A stretch of DNA of 64,000 nucleotides from Gnetum montanum. Taxonomy: Eukaryota > Plantae > Gnetophyta. The DNA lies in contig MNCI01001992.1 in the NCBI GenBank assembly GCA_015680685.1, forward strand, positions 395,077-459,076, given 5' to 3'. Made by a program: the position numbers and the translations under genes. The notes beneath the pieces are model-generated. The model saw only the letters and a program-made list of their open reading frames with translations. It did not search any database and was not told the origin of the DNA. Shown here piece after piece: positions 14,195-28,500 of the stretch (position 1 is its first letter; each line of letters begins with the position of its first letter).

Positions 14195-17100
14195 GTAAAT
14201 CAAGAAAACAAAGAAATAGTAAAAACATGAATGATGGTGTAAAACAAAAATTCAAAAAGAACTTAGGGCCTAAAATGGTTAGCATAGGTGGCCATGTCCC
14301 CCATGACTGAGTTGGAAGAAGGAGGTCCAAAATAGTGAGCAAGGTTGTCCATCAATAGAGGTAGCATGTGTAATGGTTGTCCTAAGCTCATGGAAAAGTT
14401 TAGTTTGTTGTACGTTGACCAACAGTTTCTTGTTTGGGCTCTCAAGTTTGTATATTGTCATGATCCCTGAAGGAAAAGTTGCATAAATAATATAAGGTCC
14501 TTCCCACAGTGTTTGAAATTTAGTACGTTGTGGCACATGTGTGGGATTCTGGTAGAGAACCTTATCTCCCAATTGATATTTAACTTTCCTAATCCTTAGG
14601 TCATGACGTTGTTTATTGAATGCCTTATGCAACTCGTTAGATGATAGGGTAGTTAGTCGATTTTAATCTAGCAAGTTAAGAATTACTAACTATTGTTTCT
14701 ATTTTAAATCAAGGTCAAGGTAGTGGTCACATGCCATGGATAGTGTATGAAGCTCAATTTGAATGGAAAGTATTGGTAATTTACTGTACACTAACTCATA
14801 GGGAGAGTAGCCTGTAGGGAGTTTCCATGTGGAGCGGTATGCCCAAAGAGCATCATTCAGTTTAGTGCTCCAGTCTCACCTAAACTTGCTAATAGTTCTT
14901 ATCAATATCTTCGTAATCTCCCTATTGGTGAGTATCCTTGAATATTGTTGGCCAATAATACCCTACCATTAGGATTTTAATGGTCATGCATCTCACAACA
15001 TAGTGTCCTCTATAAGGACCTTCATGATCATCTTGAAGAACATGCAATTGATCAGCATTAGGGACACACCAATGAACCAGGCCATTAGCACACACCTTGT
15101 AGAGGTGTCCGTTGATCTCCATGAAGTGTTTTACCTGGTGAAGAAACTGATGTTTCTTCTAGTGCTCCAACCCTTGTGGCATATTCTAAGTGAGAACATA
15201 GGTGAAAATGCCATCATACCATTTAGGCTCATTAGACAATTGTTTAGTTATAGCCCCAACAAAGAGGAGTTCATCAAAAAACATATTAGATAACATGTTT
15301 TCTTCCTCTTTGTTGTTCCATTGTAACCAAAAAAAGTGATTAGCAACCACATTCTCAGTGCCCTTTCGATCTACCATTGTAAGATCAAATTCTTGCAAGA
15401 TCACCAGCCACCATATGACACGAGGGCTTACCATTGGCTTATTCATCAAGAAGTGGATCGCATTGTGGTCTCTGTGCATAAACACCTTGTATCCAAGCAC
15501 ATAATGCTTAAAATTCTCTAGAGAAAACACCACTGTCATCAATTCTTTTTCTATAGTGGTGTAGTTTAGTTGTGCACCCACAATGCTTCAACTAGTGCAA
15601 TGGATGTAGTATGGATGTTTCTTATTATTCAACTATGTAAGCATAGCTCCCAAGGCATAATTGGATAAATCCATCATGATATGAAATGGTCTAGATCAAT
15701 CAAGTGCTTATAGGATTGGAGTTTCTCTTTTAGCTGTTGAAATGTTCTTTCACATTCCACCATCTAGATAAATAGAGCATCTTTCTTTGTCAGCTTCACC
15801 AATGACTTTGCAATCTTAGAGAAATTCTCTATAAATCACTGGTAGTAGCCAGTATGTCCAAGGAATGACCAAAAAAATTTAACTATTTCTAGTTGGTGGG
15901 TTATTCCTTGGATGATCCTTATTTTCTCAAGGTCTACATTAATTCCTGCTTGTGATATTCTATGCCCCAATACAATGCTCTCTTGGACCATTAGATGACT
16001 TTTTTGCCAATTAAGCCATAATTTGGTTTCAACACATCATTTTAGTACTTGCTTAAGGTGGTCTAGGGCTTGCTGAAATGTAGCTCCATAAGTGAAGAAG
16101 TCATCCATGAATACCTTCACACCACTACTAATCTATTGTTGAAAAATGCTTAGAACCATGCATTGGAATGTAGTAGGAGCATTGCATAGATCAAATAGCA
16201 TCTTGCAATATGCTAAAGTTCCCTAGGAGTTCATGAATGTTGTCTTTGCTTGGTCTTCTGATGCAATTTGAATTTGGTTATAGCCACTATAACCATCTAG
16301 GAAACTGTAGTAGTAATGCCCAGATATAGTGTCTAACACATGATCAACAAATGACAATGGAAAATAATCCTTGAATGTTGTCATATGTAGCAGTTGATAA
16401 TTGATGTAGACCTACCACTTACCTTCTTTCTTTGGCATAATCATGAGTGGACTAACCCACTCACTATCCACAATGGGATAAATGAACCCCACCTTGAGAA
16501 GTTGTTTGATTTTTTCTTTGATGATCTACTTTAGTTTGGGGTTCAATTACCTTTGTGGCTATCTTTTTGGCTTTATGGTTGGATCAATGTAGATGCAATG
16601 CTAGCATATCCTAAGATCAATCCTTGTGAGTTCAAGATATAACCAAGCAAAAGCTTTTGACCATTTTTCAGCCACCTTTAACAACATCTTTTTTTACTTT
16701 GAAGCAAGATTTGCATTGATTATGATTGGCTTCCCATTTTTTAAAAACACATATTCCATTTCAGCTAGTAGCTTTCTTAGTTCAAGGGGCTCTTATTTAA
16801 AACTTTTAGGAATCTCCAACTCTCCCCAATAAGTATCATCATTTGTATCATCAGAGAGTTGGTGATGAACTTGTTTTAGTTCATCCATGCCTATGACATA
16901 TGCACATGTTAGGCTCTTAGTTAATTCCATGCAAAATGTGCTGCTTTCAAAATCAGTGGTCAACCATTGGATACCCTTTTATTTTGTGTTTGTTATGTAT
17001 AGACACCTTTGAATTTTTGCTTACGGTGCACACTCTTGCATGCAAAGATAGATGCTTGTTTCATGGTCCAAAGTTGCTACACACAATTGCACCCTATATC

Positions 17101-19589
17101 ACTATATGCAATGCATGGAACTCTCTTCTTCTCAATCTTTCCAAATGCATTTTTTTTGGATATTTTCAAAGAAATATCTCTGATGCCCATACTTTTATCA
17201 ATAGTGCTCAACCATGCCCTTCCCATGATGATTGAAAAATCCCCTTTGTAGTTCTCCACATTAATCACTAGGAAATTAGTAGGATAAGACCACCCACAAA
17301 CAGTGCTTACAATGTCTTCTAACTATCCCAATGGAATAGTGATGGACTAGTCTACTAATTCTAATTTGATATTGCTCTTCTTGAGAGGAGGTAGGTTCCA
17401 TGTAGTGTATATCTCATGAGAAATTAAATTAACACTAGAACTTGAGTCAAAAAGAGCTTTGCACGGTTCATTCTTAGCGATTTGTAGATAAATTAGAGGA
17501 CTTACAAGATTAGCTAATTTCCTAGGAAGGTTTCTATCATGAATCCAATTAGATATAGTGTGAGTAAGCATTACAGTATGGATCCTAGGAAAATTTTGGT
17601 TTGAAGGGAACTTGAAGGAATTGGATACAGAGGAAGATGGAGGAACAGAGTGGTCAACTACAAGTGTAATTGAGGGCTTAGGTGGACTACAAAGTTGAAA
17701 GAAAGGTCTTTTCTTTGATCAAGTATTTGACCCATATGATTGATGAACCGATTCGAGATTAATAGCCCTAGTAGCATTACATAGTTGCGACTGAGCTAGT
17801 AGTTCACCCTACATAGGTGGAGCATGTGGTAGCTATGCAACTAGAGGAGGAGTATGTGTAGGAACAGGAGGATAAGGGTAATAGGTGGCATCCCTCCTTT
17901 CATGTAGAGAATGAGTTTGATAATCAAAAGGGTGGTAGTGAGGCTGGAAAGTAGAGACATGACTAGATGAGTCACATGGAGATAGGGGTTGCTGAACATA
18001 GTACCCATATGGATCAAGTTATCTGTAAGGGTATTGCTACCTTGGTGGTGTCAGTGCCCATGACTATGGTTGCTACCACTATTGAACTACTCATATGGTT
18101 GTGGTGGAGTTCCACTTGGATAATACTATTGTTGCTAATGGAATTTCCTAAAATTACCTTAAGGATAAGGTAATCTTCTAGATGTTTGCCTTTGTGTTAG
18201 TCATGGATTTAAAGCATACACCCCAAACTCCTATAGATGTGACAAAATGAGGCAACATCCCTTAGGATGTTCATACCGATAGACATCACATCTAGCATCA
18301 TCAACTGATTCACTTTCTGCAACCTCTTCTATCATAGTGATCTTTCCCTTACCTTCTTGATAAGCATGTTCAAATTCTTTATGCCTCCTACGCTCACGAT
18401 CACTACCTTGTTCTTTGGACTCTTCGACAATTTTGAGGATAACATGAAATCTACTATCCATCAAGTTCCATAACTGATCATCATTGGCTGTAAGTTTAGA
18501 TTAAAATATTTGGAGTGTCAAGGTTTTTCCATGCACCATCTCATTAGATGTGGATTCACCCTCACTTTCATAGAATCAAACCCTCATCTTACAAATGGAA
18601 GGATCGCAGTTGTACTCTTTTGCACTTTCTATTTTTCTGAATTTTTCCTCCTCTTTAGCTACCTACTCAATTAATCTTTGTATCTAATGGGCACTTAATT
18701 CTAATAGTCACCCCTAGGCATTGAAACCAAGGGTTCTCCTCATTTCTAATTGAAGCCTGTCTATAATGTGGCAAAGTTGATCCAGTTGAGAATAACCATG
18801 GCCAAGACATTTGTGCATTAATGAATAGTATCGACTAATGGTGGCATCCAAAGGTTCATGTGTTTCTTGTTTCCATCCTTGGATTTTCCTTCTCAATTTG
18901 GATTCTCTAGAGTATGTTTGATATTTATCATTACACAATTTAAGCATGGTACTCCATTTTCTAATAGATTTCAGCTCTAAGGACTAGTACCAGTTCTCTG
19001 CTTCTTTGATGAGTGTCCTTGGGAGCAACTTTAGTTTTTGCCACTCATTCTCTATATTCTGCAAGGCACCTACATCTTGAAAAGCTTGGAGATGATTCTA
19101 CAGATCAGAGTTATATCCCTCTTCGAACCGAGAAATAGTGTTCATGTCTAGCCTTTTGATCTAACTAACCTTCACATGCCTTGTTGGAATTCATACTACC
19201 TCTATAATATTAAGAATACTTCAGGTAGCAAGTAAAGGCTCATCAAGGCCTTGATCATGGTGCCTACAATTCCCTCTACTACCCATTCATTCATGGTGAT
19301 GTACCTCTCTTGAATGTTTGCACCCTTGATCTTACCTTTCCCAATGGTCCCTTCGATCATTTTGGTCATGTCGGTCGTTTAGGTCACTTCTATCATGGTC
19401 TCACCTCCTATGGTCCTAGTCAGAGCTAGAAGAAAAAGATGATGATAATTAAGGGGAAGACGAAGGAGGACTAGCACCATTACATTGCCTACTACCACCT
19501 CTTTGATGATCATGGTCTTGCTTCTTGTCTACATCCCTACCTTGACTTGCCCCTTTAGATCCTTCTTTGTCATTGGATACATTCTTACC

Positions 19590-22500
19590 AAAACCAAGAT
19601 TTTGAATCATGGACTACAAGTTCTAATTTTGATCTCCTTCACTAAAGTCAAAGAGAGGAATTTCACTAAATGGAAAATCCCCAGAGAAGGGTTCTCTACC
19701 ATCTTGTTGGTACAACAAGAATGGAGAATTGTTAAATCTTTTTCCCTTCACAAATTCATAATGTTTTTCTAACTATCAATCTCATAGACATTGTGCTTTA
19801 GTGGGATGGTATTCCCTAGTGTTGGTATCTTGCACAACATACTTAGCATGACGTTCTTGAAGACTACATCATATAAGCATTTGGTGAAGCATTGCAAGGA
19901 TGGATCGATCAAGTGACAACACAATGTTTCCCTCCATGTCACGCCACCATAGCTATTCATCCTAGTGTAGGATGAAGGAGAAATTTGGTACATACTTGTC
20001 AGGATGAGCATACAAAATTTGATATTATTGAGGCACCAATTGATAAGCTCTATCAAACTTGGATGGAGAAGCACTCCTATGAGAAGAAGACATTGCTAGT
20101 TAGATGATAAAAAATGCAGTGTGATTTTAAGTTTTGTTGTTGTAATCTTAAGATATGATATGATTCTAAGGTTCATTCCAATGATTTGAATGATTTTAGT
20201 AATCCCAGTAGTGTGTGCATTGAATTCCAAGTTTGCAAAAAGGCAAGAACCCAAGTGGTTGCCTTAGTCACAAGGAAACTATAGATAGCAATTCCATCCA
20301 CTAATGTAATATCTACGTGGCGTACCTCAATCTTAGAAGTAGTATCAATAGTGGTAATAGCTATAGTTGCTAGGGATGCCACCACCATGGTAGTAGTATC
20401 TCTACTGATAGCCAAATCCTTATGGATATTACATCCAATAACCTATACTCCTTCATGACTAATAACCTATATTCTTGCATGACTCCTATAGCCATGCTTT
20501 CTTCCCTTAACATTACTACTCTTTGGAATAATATAGAGCACCTTCTCTAAGAGGGAAGTCTCTTTTTCTCTTTCATCCTTCACAACATCCATGAAATCTT
20601 GCATCACAAGAAACTACACCCTTGCCACCTACTCCATCCATGTAGGATGAAATTCCACTAGAGACATAGTAGAAAAATGTCAAAATGGTGATAAATTTAT
20701 AGCCAAATATCCATTCAAGTCATTCTAAACCAAAGCCTTGTAAGAGACTTCTCTTTAGAATCAATAGCCCCATGAAACCCTTGCAAGAACCTATGGTTGT
20801 TAACCCTACCATCTCCACCTCTAGAAGCATCATCAAGCTACCTTCAAATCAAAAGACCTCCAATGTCAAGACTATTATGTTGATCCATGTAATCATGGAT
20901 TAGATAAACATTGGACACCTTCCTAGGAAACAATATGATCCTAGGAGTCTCCTCATTTATTTACAAATTGTAGGGGATGAACCATGTAAAGCTCTTTTGG
21001 ATTCAAGTTTTGGGGGTAAATTTAATCTTCCAAGAAATGTATAAGACTTGGAACCTACCTCCTCTAAAGAAAATAAATATGAGACTTGAGCTAGTAGATT
21101 AGCTCATCACTATCCCTTTATAATTAGACATCATAATCACTATGTGTGAGTGGTCTTATCTTGTGGATTTTCTTGTGATTCATGTAGAAAATTGTAAGAG
21201 GGACTCCCCTATCATTATGGGAAGGACATGGCTAAGTATGATAAATGTCAAAATGGGGATTAGAGATCCTTCCTTGAAAATCTCCAAGAAAAATGAGTTT
21301 GGCAAGATAGAGAAGAAGAGGGTTCCATGCATTACATACAGTGACACACGGTGCCATTACATGCAACAAACATGAACTAGCAAAGATACATCAATCTAAT
21401 TATATAATTAGTGTGCTGAAATAGCAATTATTTAGAAGTGCTAGTATGCAGTAGCCATAGATCAAGAAGGTACCTAATGACTAATAACAAATTACCAAAC
21501 TAAGTTCATACTATGCATGGAACCATCAAAGAGCCTCATCGGCACCTATATAGAGAACATGGATGAAATGGAGCAACTCCCTCATCAACTCTTCCAAAAA
21601 CAAAGTAAAATGAAATGGAGAGAGTTGGAGATACCTAATCACTTTAAACAAGAGCCCCTTGAACTGAATTATTTACTAATAACTACGAAATATGCTTTTC
21701 TTAACAATGAAAAGTTGGTAATCATCAATGCTAGACATGCTCTAGAACAAAAATAAAAGCTATTGAAGATGCTAAAAAAATGGCTAATAGTCTTTGCTTG
21801 GTCATATCATGAACTTACAAGAATAAATTCATGGATATGCTAACACCAAATCAATATAGACTCCTCAATCAAGCCGAAGAGGCATCCATTGAGAAGATTG
21901 AACCACAAAATGAAGGTCAAGGAGGTGGTTGAATAATGTTTTAAGGTCCAGTTCATCTATCTAGTTTTGGATAGTGAATTGATTAGCTCACTCATTATTG
22001 TATCCAAGAAAGGAGAAAAATGGAGAGTTTGCATAGATTTTCGGCTATTAAACATGAGAATCTTTAAGGATCATTTTTCATTGCCATTTGTTGATCAAGT
22101 GTTGGACATCATATCAGGGAGTTATTATTATAATTTTCTAGATAGTTATAGTGGATATAACCAAATCTAGATTGCACCTACGGACCATGACAAAGCCACA
22201 TTTACAAATCCTTGGGGAACTTTTGCATATAGAAAGATGTCTTTTGGTCTGTTTAATGCTCCTATTACCTTCCAATGCTTGGTTCTCAGCATTTTCTAGC
22301 AAAACATTGGTAGTAGGGTAGAGGTATTTATGGATGACTTCTCTACTTATGATATCATCTTTGAGAGAGCCTTGGACCATCTAAAGCAAGTGCTTCAATG
22401 ATGCGTAGAAACTAACTTAAAGCTCAATTGGTAGAAAATCCATATGATGGTCTAAGAAGGCATTGTGTTAGGACACAAAATTTCAAGAAAAGGGATCGAG

Positions 22501-25500
22501 GTGGACTTAGAAAAATTATAGGTCATTCAAGGAATCACTAGGAAACCTAAAATGGTGAAAGATGTATGGTTATTCCTTAGCCACACTAGTTATTATCGAT
22601 GCTTTATTGAGAACTTCTCAAAGATTGCTAAGCTATTGATTAGGTTAACCAAGAATCATGCACCTTTCAAATGGACTAAAAACTATGAGTTAGCATTATA
22701 AAAATTAAAACAAAAGCTCATGGAAATTCTAATTTTATATGCTCCTAATCGGTCTAAACCTTTCCACATCATGAAAGATGCATGCAATTATGCTTTGAGG
22801 GTTGTGCTTACATAGTTGGATGATTAGAAACATCCTTACTTCATCCATTGTACAATTAGAAGCATTGTGGGGGCACAATTAAACTAAACCACCATGGAGA
22901 AGGAGCTCATGATGGTGGTGTATGCCTTAGAAAATTTAGGTCCTATGTACTTGGGTATCATGTTTTTGTAGACCATAGTGCCATCCAGTTCCTCATGAAC
23001 AAGCTAATAGTGATTCCCCATGTCATATGATGACTAGTAATCCTACAGGAGTTTGATCTCACCATGGTGGATAGAAAACAAATAGAGAATGTGGTTTCTG
23101 ATCACTTGTCTTGGTTACGATAGTACAGGAAAGAGGATGAGGCACCTGTATCTTACAAATTTCCAAATGAACTCCTCTTTGCAAAGCTATTTAAATGCAA
23201 AGTCTCGAAGATACTAACTAGTACAAGGAATTCCTTTCTTATCTACCCCTCCAAGAGATGCTATAGGAATGGAATAACAAGAAGAAACAATAGTTTCTTC
23301 ACTATGCCAAACACTACATGGAAATTCAAGGCAACCTTTACAAGGTTTGTATCAATGGCTTGGTACAATGGTGTGTACCTAATTTTGATCGACTACAAAT
23401 CCTCTAGGATGCTCATGAAGGCCCTTGTGGGGATTATTATGTAGGGAGGAGTATGACTGTAAAAATCCTCATGGTAGAATATTACTAGCCAACAATTTTT
23501 AGAGACACCCATCAATTCTTCCATTCATGTAAACGTTACCAATGAGATGGGGGATGACTATACCAATAAAAGGGTTCCAATAGTGGATTCAACCACTAGA
23601 TCCTTTTGATCTTTGGAGCATTGACTTTATGGGATCCATCAATCCCATGTCCAATGAAAATATGTATATCATTATAGCAACTGACTATTACATGAAATGG
23701 GTTGAAGCTACTACCATTGATTGTTCATCCTCTATGACAACATGGTTTATATAACAACATGTGGTAAACATGTTTAGCATGCCAAGGGCACTTATCTTTG
23801 ATAATGAGACTCATTTCATAGATGCTACGTTTCAAAAATTAATGCAATGCTTAGGTGTAGATCATAAATTAACAACTCTATATCATCCCCAAGCCAATGG
23901 TAAAGCCAAAGTCACTAATAGAAAAATAACTAGAATACTAACTTACATAGTTAGTAAATATAGGAAATACTAGAGCACAAAACTCAACAATACTCTATGA
24001 GCCTATCAAATCACTTGGAAACTTCCTATAGGCTATTTCCCTTATGAGTTAGTGTATGGAAAATTACTAGCTCTTCCAATTCAAACAAAGCTTCGTATAC
24101 TTTCAGTGGCTTTTGAACTTGACCTTAATTTTAGTCTAGCACAAAAGGAATGTTTAATGAAATTGAATGTACTCAATGAAAATCAATAGGTAGCCCTATC
24201 CATGAATGAGGTGCACATGCCACATGCTAAAAAATGTCATGACTCATGCATAAGAAAAGTTAAATTCCAACTAGGTGATAAGGTTCTTTATTGGAACCCC
24301 ATGCATGTAATAAAATGCACGGAATTTCAAATGCTATGAAAAGGTTCTTATATTATTCATATAACTTTTCCTTCTGGGGCCATGATAATTTACCATCCTT
24401 TTATCCTAGACAAATGATTGCTAGTCAACATTCAAAAAGTGAAACCTTTCTTAGAACTAACAATAGCCAATAGCATGGACACCTCAACCAATGGACAAGC
24501 ACATTCTATCTTTTGGATCTTCTTCTTTCAACTTAGTCGTGGGGGAGATGGCCACCCATTTAAGATTCTATGTAGGCTACCTACTTTCTCAACTTTTTGC
24601 TTTACACTGTTCTTTATACATTTTCAATTTTTTTGAATATTTTGCAACTTATTTATATATTTTACCTTGTTTATATTCCATTATGTGTTATTTTATTATT
24701 ATTTTTATTCATTAGGAATCTTGAATTTTTGCTATAGTTGCTACTACTACTAGAAGTTCATTTAACAATATATTTAATCTCTAGATTAATTGTTCATTAA
24801 CTATAATTCATCTTGGGATTATGTCCTTAATTAATGGAGCATTAGTTTTTTGATGATATAAGGCATTAATTCCACATCATCCATCCATTGCACTCAATTT
24901 TATGAGGTTCTTCATCTTGAAAGCATGATGTCCTTCCATAATTGTAACTAAAAAGAATCAATGACCTTGATATTTAAGAAACTCAGAATAGTTCAAGTAG
25001 AATGGACAAGGGTGTGGCTTCAAGAGGATTTGTCACCTTCTATACCTAACTTCCTTCTTGAGTTCTATGGGTATTCTCATTAGTCTCTCACCACTCCTAC
25101 TATTGACCATAATACGAAGCATGTCTTTGCATGGTGTGGTTTCTATGAAAAAAAAAAGAAAAAACATGGGAATTCAAAGGACATCCCTTAAACACAATAA
25201 TGGGTTACAAGGACTAGTTATGGGGTTGGAAAGACATGTTTCCCTTGACTAAAGGTACCCCTCTAACTAAGACCCTTTCTTTCTTCCTACTTCTCTTTTC
25301 TTCTCTACTTGGAGTGGTGGTTGTTCTTTGGGCATGTTCATGAACTCTTTTTGGTTGAACCAGTAGAGTATGACAATGCGAAGTCACTAGATGTGGATGG
25401 ACTTGGTTCCAACCAAGGCTAGGATGGTCTTAGATCATCTTAACTACAAGTTTCACAAGGAATTCATGTGACTGGGATTTGAGACTCTATTCCCAATCTC

Positions 25501-28500
25501 TCTCTCCCATCTTGCTACTCTTATCATCAACCACCTCACTATCTCCTATCATGATCAATTAATGTATCTATACTGGTATGTCATAATCCTTTGATGATCT
25601 CTCACATGGATTTAATTTTTAACTTTCTTTGATCATTAATCATCCTTAGTTCCTATGGACTCCTTGGTATGAGGGCATGTAAGAGCATTAATGGCATGAA
25701 CCTACTTTGGAAAGAATCCATTTCATATCCTTTGGTCTTTTCAAGTTAAATTTCCTATTCCCTAGTTCTTTTTGCAATTGATCCCATCATTTCACCTTTG
25801 AACATCTAGTTTTACATAATTTTGGCATACATATTTCATTCAATCCAATTCATTCTTCTTTTTCAATGAATTTAATACCCTCTTTCATGTTTTGCCATCC
25901 TTCTATACTTTTCTAACTTTCTTTGAGATTGGTAATTGAAAATTTGAGTCACTAAGGATGGTAAGTAAGAAACCTAAAGTGTATGATTTAGGGGATCTAG
26001 GATCTATTTTCTGAACACTCACCCATGAGTTTAATTATGAGGGAGGTTCATTATCTTTACTGAGGAATTAATATGTGATTTTTAACTTTTTTATGTTTTC
26101 TAATTTTTTTGGTTTATAACTTTTGTTATACCTTTTTCTTTTCTTAATAAATTTTCACATTCTTTGATATCTTCTCATTCTTTTATACTTTTTCAATTCT
26201 TAATCCTTTTCCCATTCTTTAACATTTTTAGATTCTTTTTATGCTTTTCTTATTCTTGCTATTTTTGCAATTTTTATGATCTTTTACAATTTTCCTATAC
26301 TTTGTCATCATTTCACTTGTACATATTTTTGTCAAATATCAATAAAATCCACTAAATAGAGCAAGATGTAGTTCCAATAAGGTAAAGATTCCTATATATT
26401 ATCGAATCATAAGGGACTAATTACCTATACAGTGAGACCACAACATCCATCCACCCATTCCAATAATAAGAGGTTCTTAACATGGCCATAATGATGTTCT
26501 TCTCATAATAAAACTAAGAATAAACCTATGATCATTATGCCTAGATAGAAGAGAGAAGAACCAAGTGGGAATGCAAAGGGTGCAACATCAAGGGGACTCA
26601 TGGATTCTATTGGATTACTATTATGAATTCTATCCTATTTCTACAAATTTATTATATCCTTCTAGATCTACCAAAAATGAGAGTAAGAGTAAAATAAGTG
26701 CTACCTTACCATGTTACTAAAAATACATGTTACCCATGCTTGAAGGTAGTCCTCTGGTAAGGTTGACAAACTTAAAATAAAATCCATGTACAAGAATAAC
26801 TTTCTAGGGGTTCCACTAGAAAGACATGTTACCCATGCCTGAAGGTAGGTAGCTTCTTTAGAATCTAAAACATATATAAACATAATAAAAAGTGCAATGA
26901 ATAAACTCCTCCCTTAGGCAATATGCCAAGTGATAATGCTCCTTGCAATAATGATAGTCTTATGATAGTGATTTGTAGAGATAAAAAATGTGATGTCATA
27001 GAAAAGTGGTTTGGACTTGGTTTGAATCTTGGAAAAAAGGATAATGATTAATTTAACCATTGATTACACACAAGGATTCATTATGCCTATGGTAAGATAC
27101 CTCACATCTTGATTTTAGCAATCCCTTCTATAGTCAATCTCACCTCACTATATATTTAATCATAACTTTATGATTTTTTGTAATATATCATTATTTTCCC
27201 AATCTAGCAATACTAACATGTGTGGTTTGCTAGACATATATGTCTTACATTTAAATCCTTGAGTGCCTAAGGACACTTTTAGACATGGTTATACAAGGGC
27301 ACTAAGGGTTGGAGCTTGGTTTGGGGAGGATCCGCTTGTATAACTTTTGTATTTCATACTTAGCAAGCAATTCCACATCATCTTGTGCCTTACAAAATCA
27401 TCAAAAATCTAATAAATGCTTCCCTTAATTTGAAAAACCTATCCATATACCCATAACCCTTCATCCATCTTCTATACACTCAATAAAATTTCATCTCCTA
27501 AGATTCCTTCTTTATGGTCTTTAAATGTCTAATTCTTAAAATTTGAGCATTATGGCTACTCCAAAACCCTATGGAAATGCTTACTATCTTCCAATCATTC
27601 TATTTGACTCACTTTTTCCAAGAAAAATCAATGAAAAATTTGAAATTTTTAATGGTGATATCGTAGCTATGATGTCATATCTACGATGTTGTGCATATAA
27701 AAATAGTATATATATGTGCAAGAGTTAGTAAAAATTTTCACTTCCTAAATTTGCAAAAAGAGAGTTTTTGCAGTTTTTTTTATAGAGCTCTTGTACACTA
27801 GTTTCCAAAGGCCATAACTTTGCTCCTATAGCTACAATTTTCAAAATTCTTGAACCTTGTTGATCCCAAAGTGTTCAACTTAGTCATGGGGGGTGCACTA
27901 TGTGATACAACTAAAAATTTGAGCCAAAAATTCCTAACATTCAAAAGATTCCATAAAGGGTAAGCATAAGAGATAAATTAGAATGTTATAATTAATTAAT
28001 TAAAGATAGGCTAGAAAAACCTAGTTAATCTTCCTAATAGACCATATCAACTAGTTTGAGCCATAATAAGTACAAAAATGATAACTATGGAAGGTTATAA
28101 GTAATTAAATAATATAACACCTAAGGGGTTCCTTTTTGAAATTTTTTTTAACTCTGTAATCATAATAAGATAAGAACTTGATCTAACTAAGCATATGAGT
28201 AAGGGAAAGGACTATTAAGAACTAATGTAAATATTTTAATAATTTCAAACCCTTGTGGATTGTAGATGATCTTGAAGAGACTACCAAAAGGAGGACCTTC
28301 ACAACATAGGAGCAAAAGATTAAGAGGTCGTGGGAGAGGCCAAGTGAGGAAACAAACCCAATAAGCAAAACACATAGATTAGGAAGCTCTATCATACAAT
28401 ATTCATCAACAAAATTTTGCTACAAAGCACTCAACCTAAGGAGAGGCAGAAATTCCAAAAGTACTTGAAAAAAGACAACACCTCATACTATCATCGAAAT

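Larger units (their letters stand above)
11363..19590 (-). mobile_element. Athila-like Ty3/gypsy element: gag-PR-RT-RH-INT pseudogene, 3' region, PPT and 3' LTR; 5' LTR missing
   Basis: gag (ORF 18714..18947), protease (ALFDSSSSVNLI, IIMGRAWL), RT (SFLDGYSGYNQI ~16270-16310, VFMDDF), RNase H (NYTTIEKEL, DHNAI; ORF 15186..15581) and integrase C-terminus (WEGPY; ORF 14279..14632). PPT CATGGGGGTA lies next to the LTR at 12293-12302. Many C>T-type stops. Confidence 0.9.
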
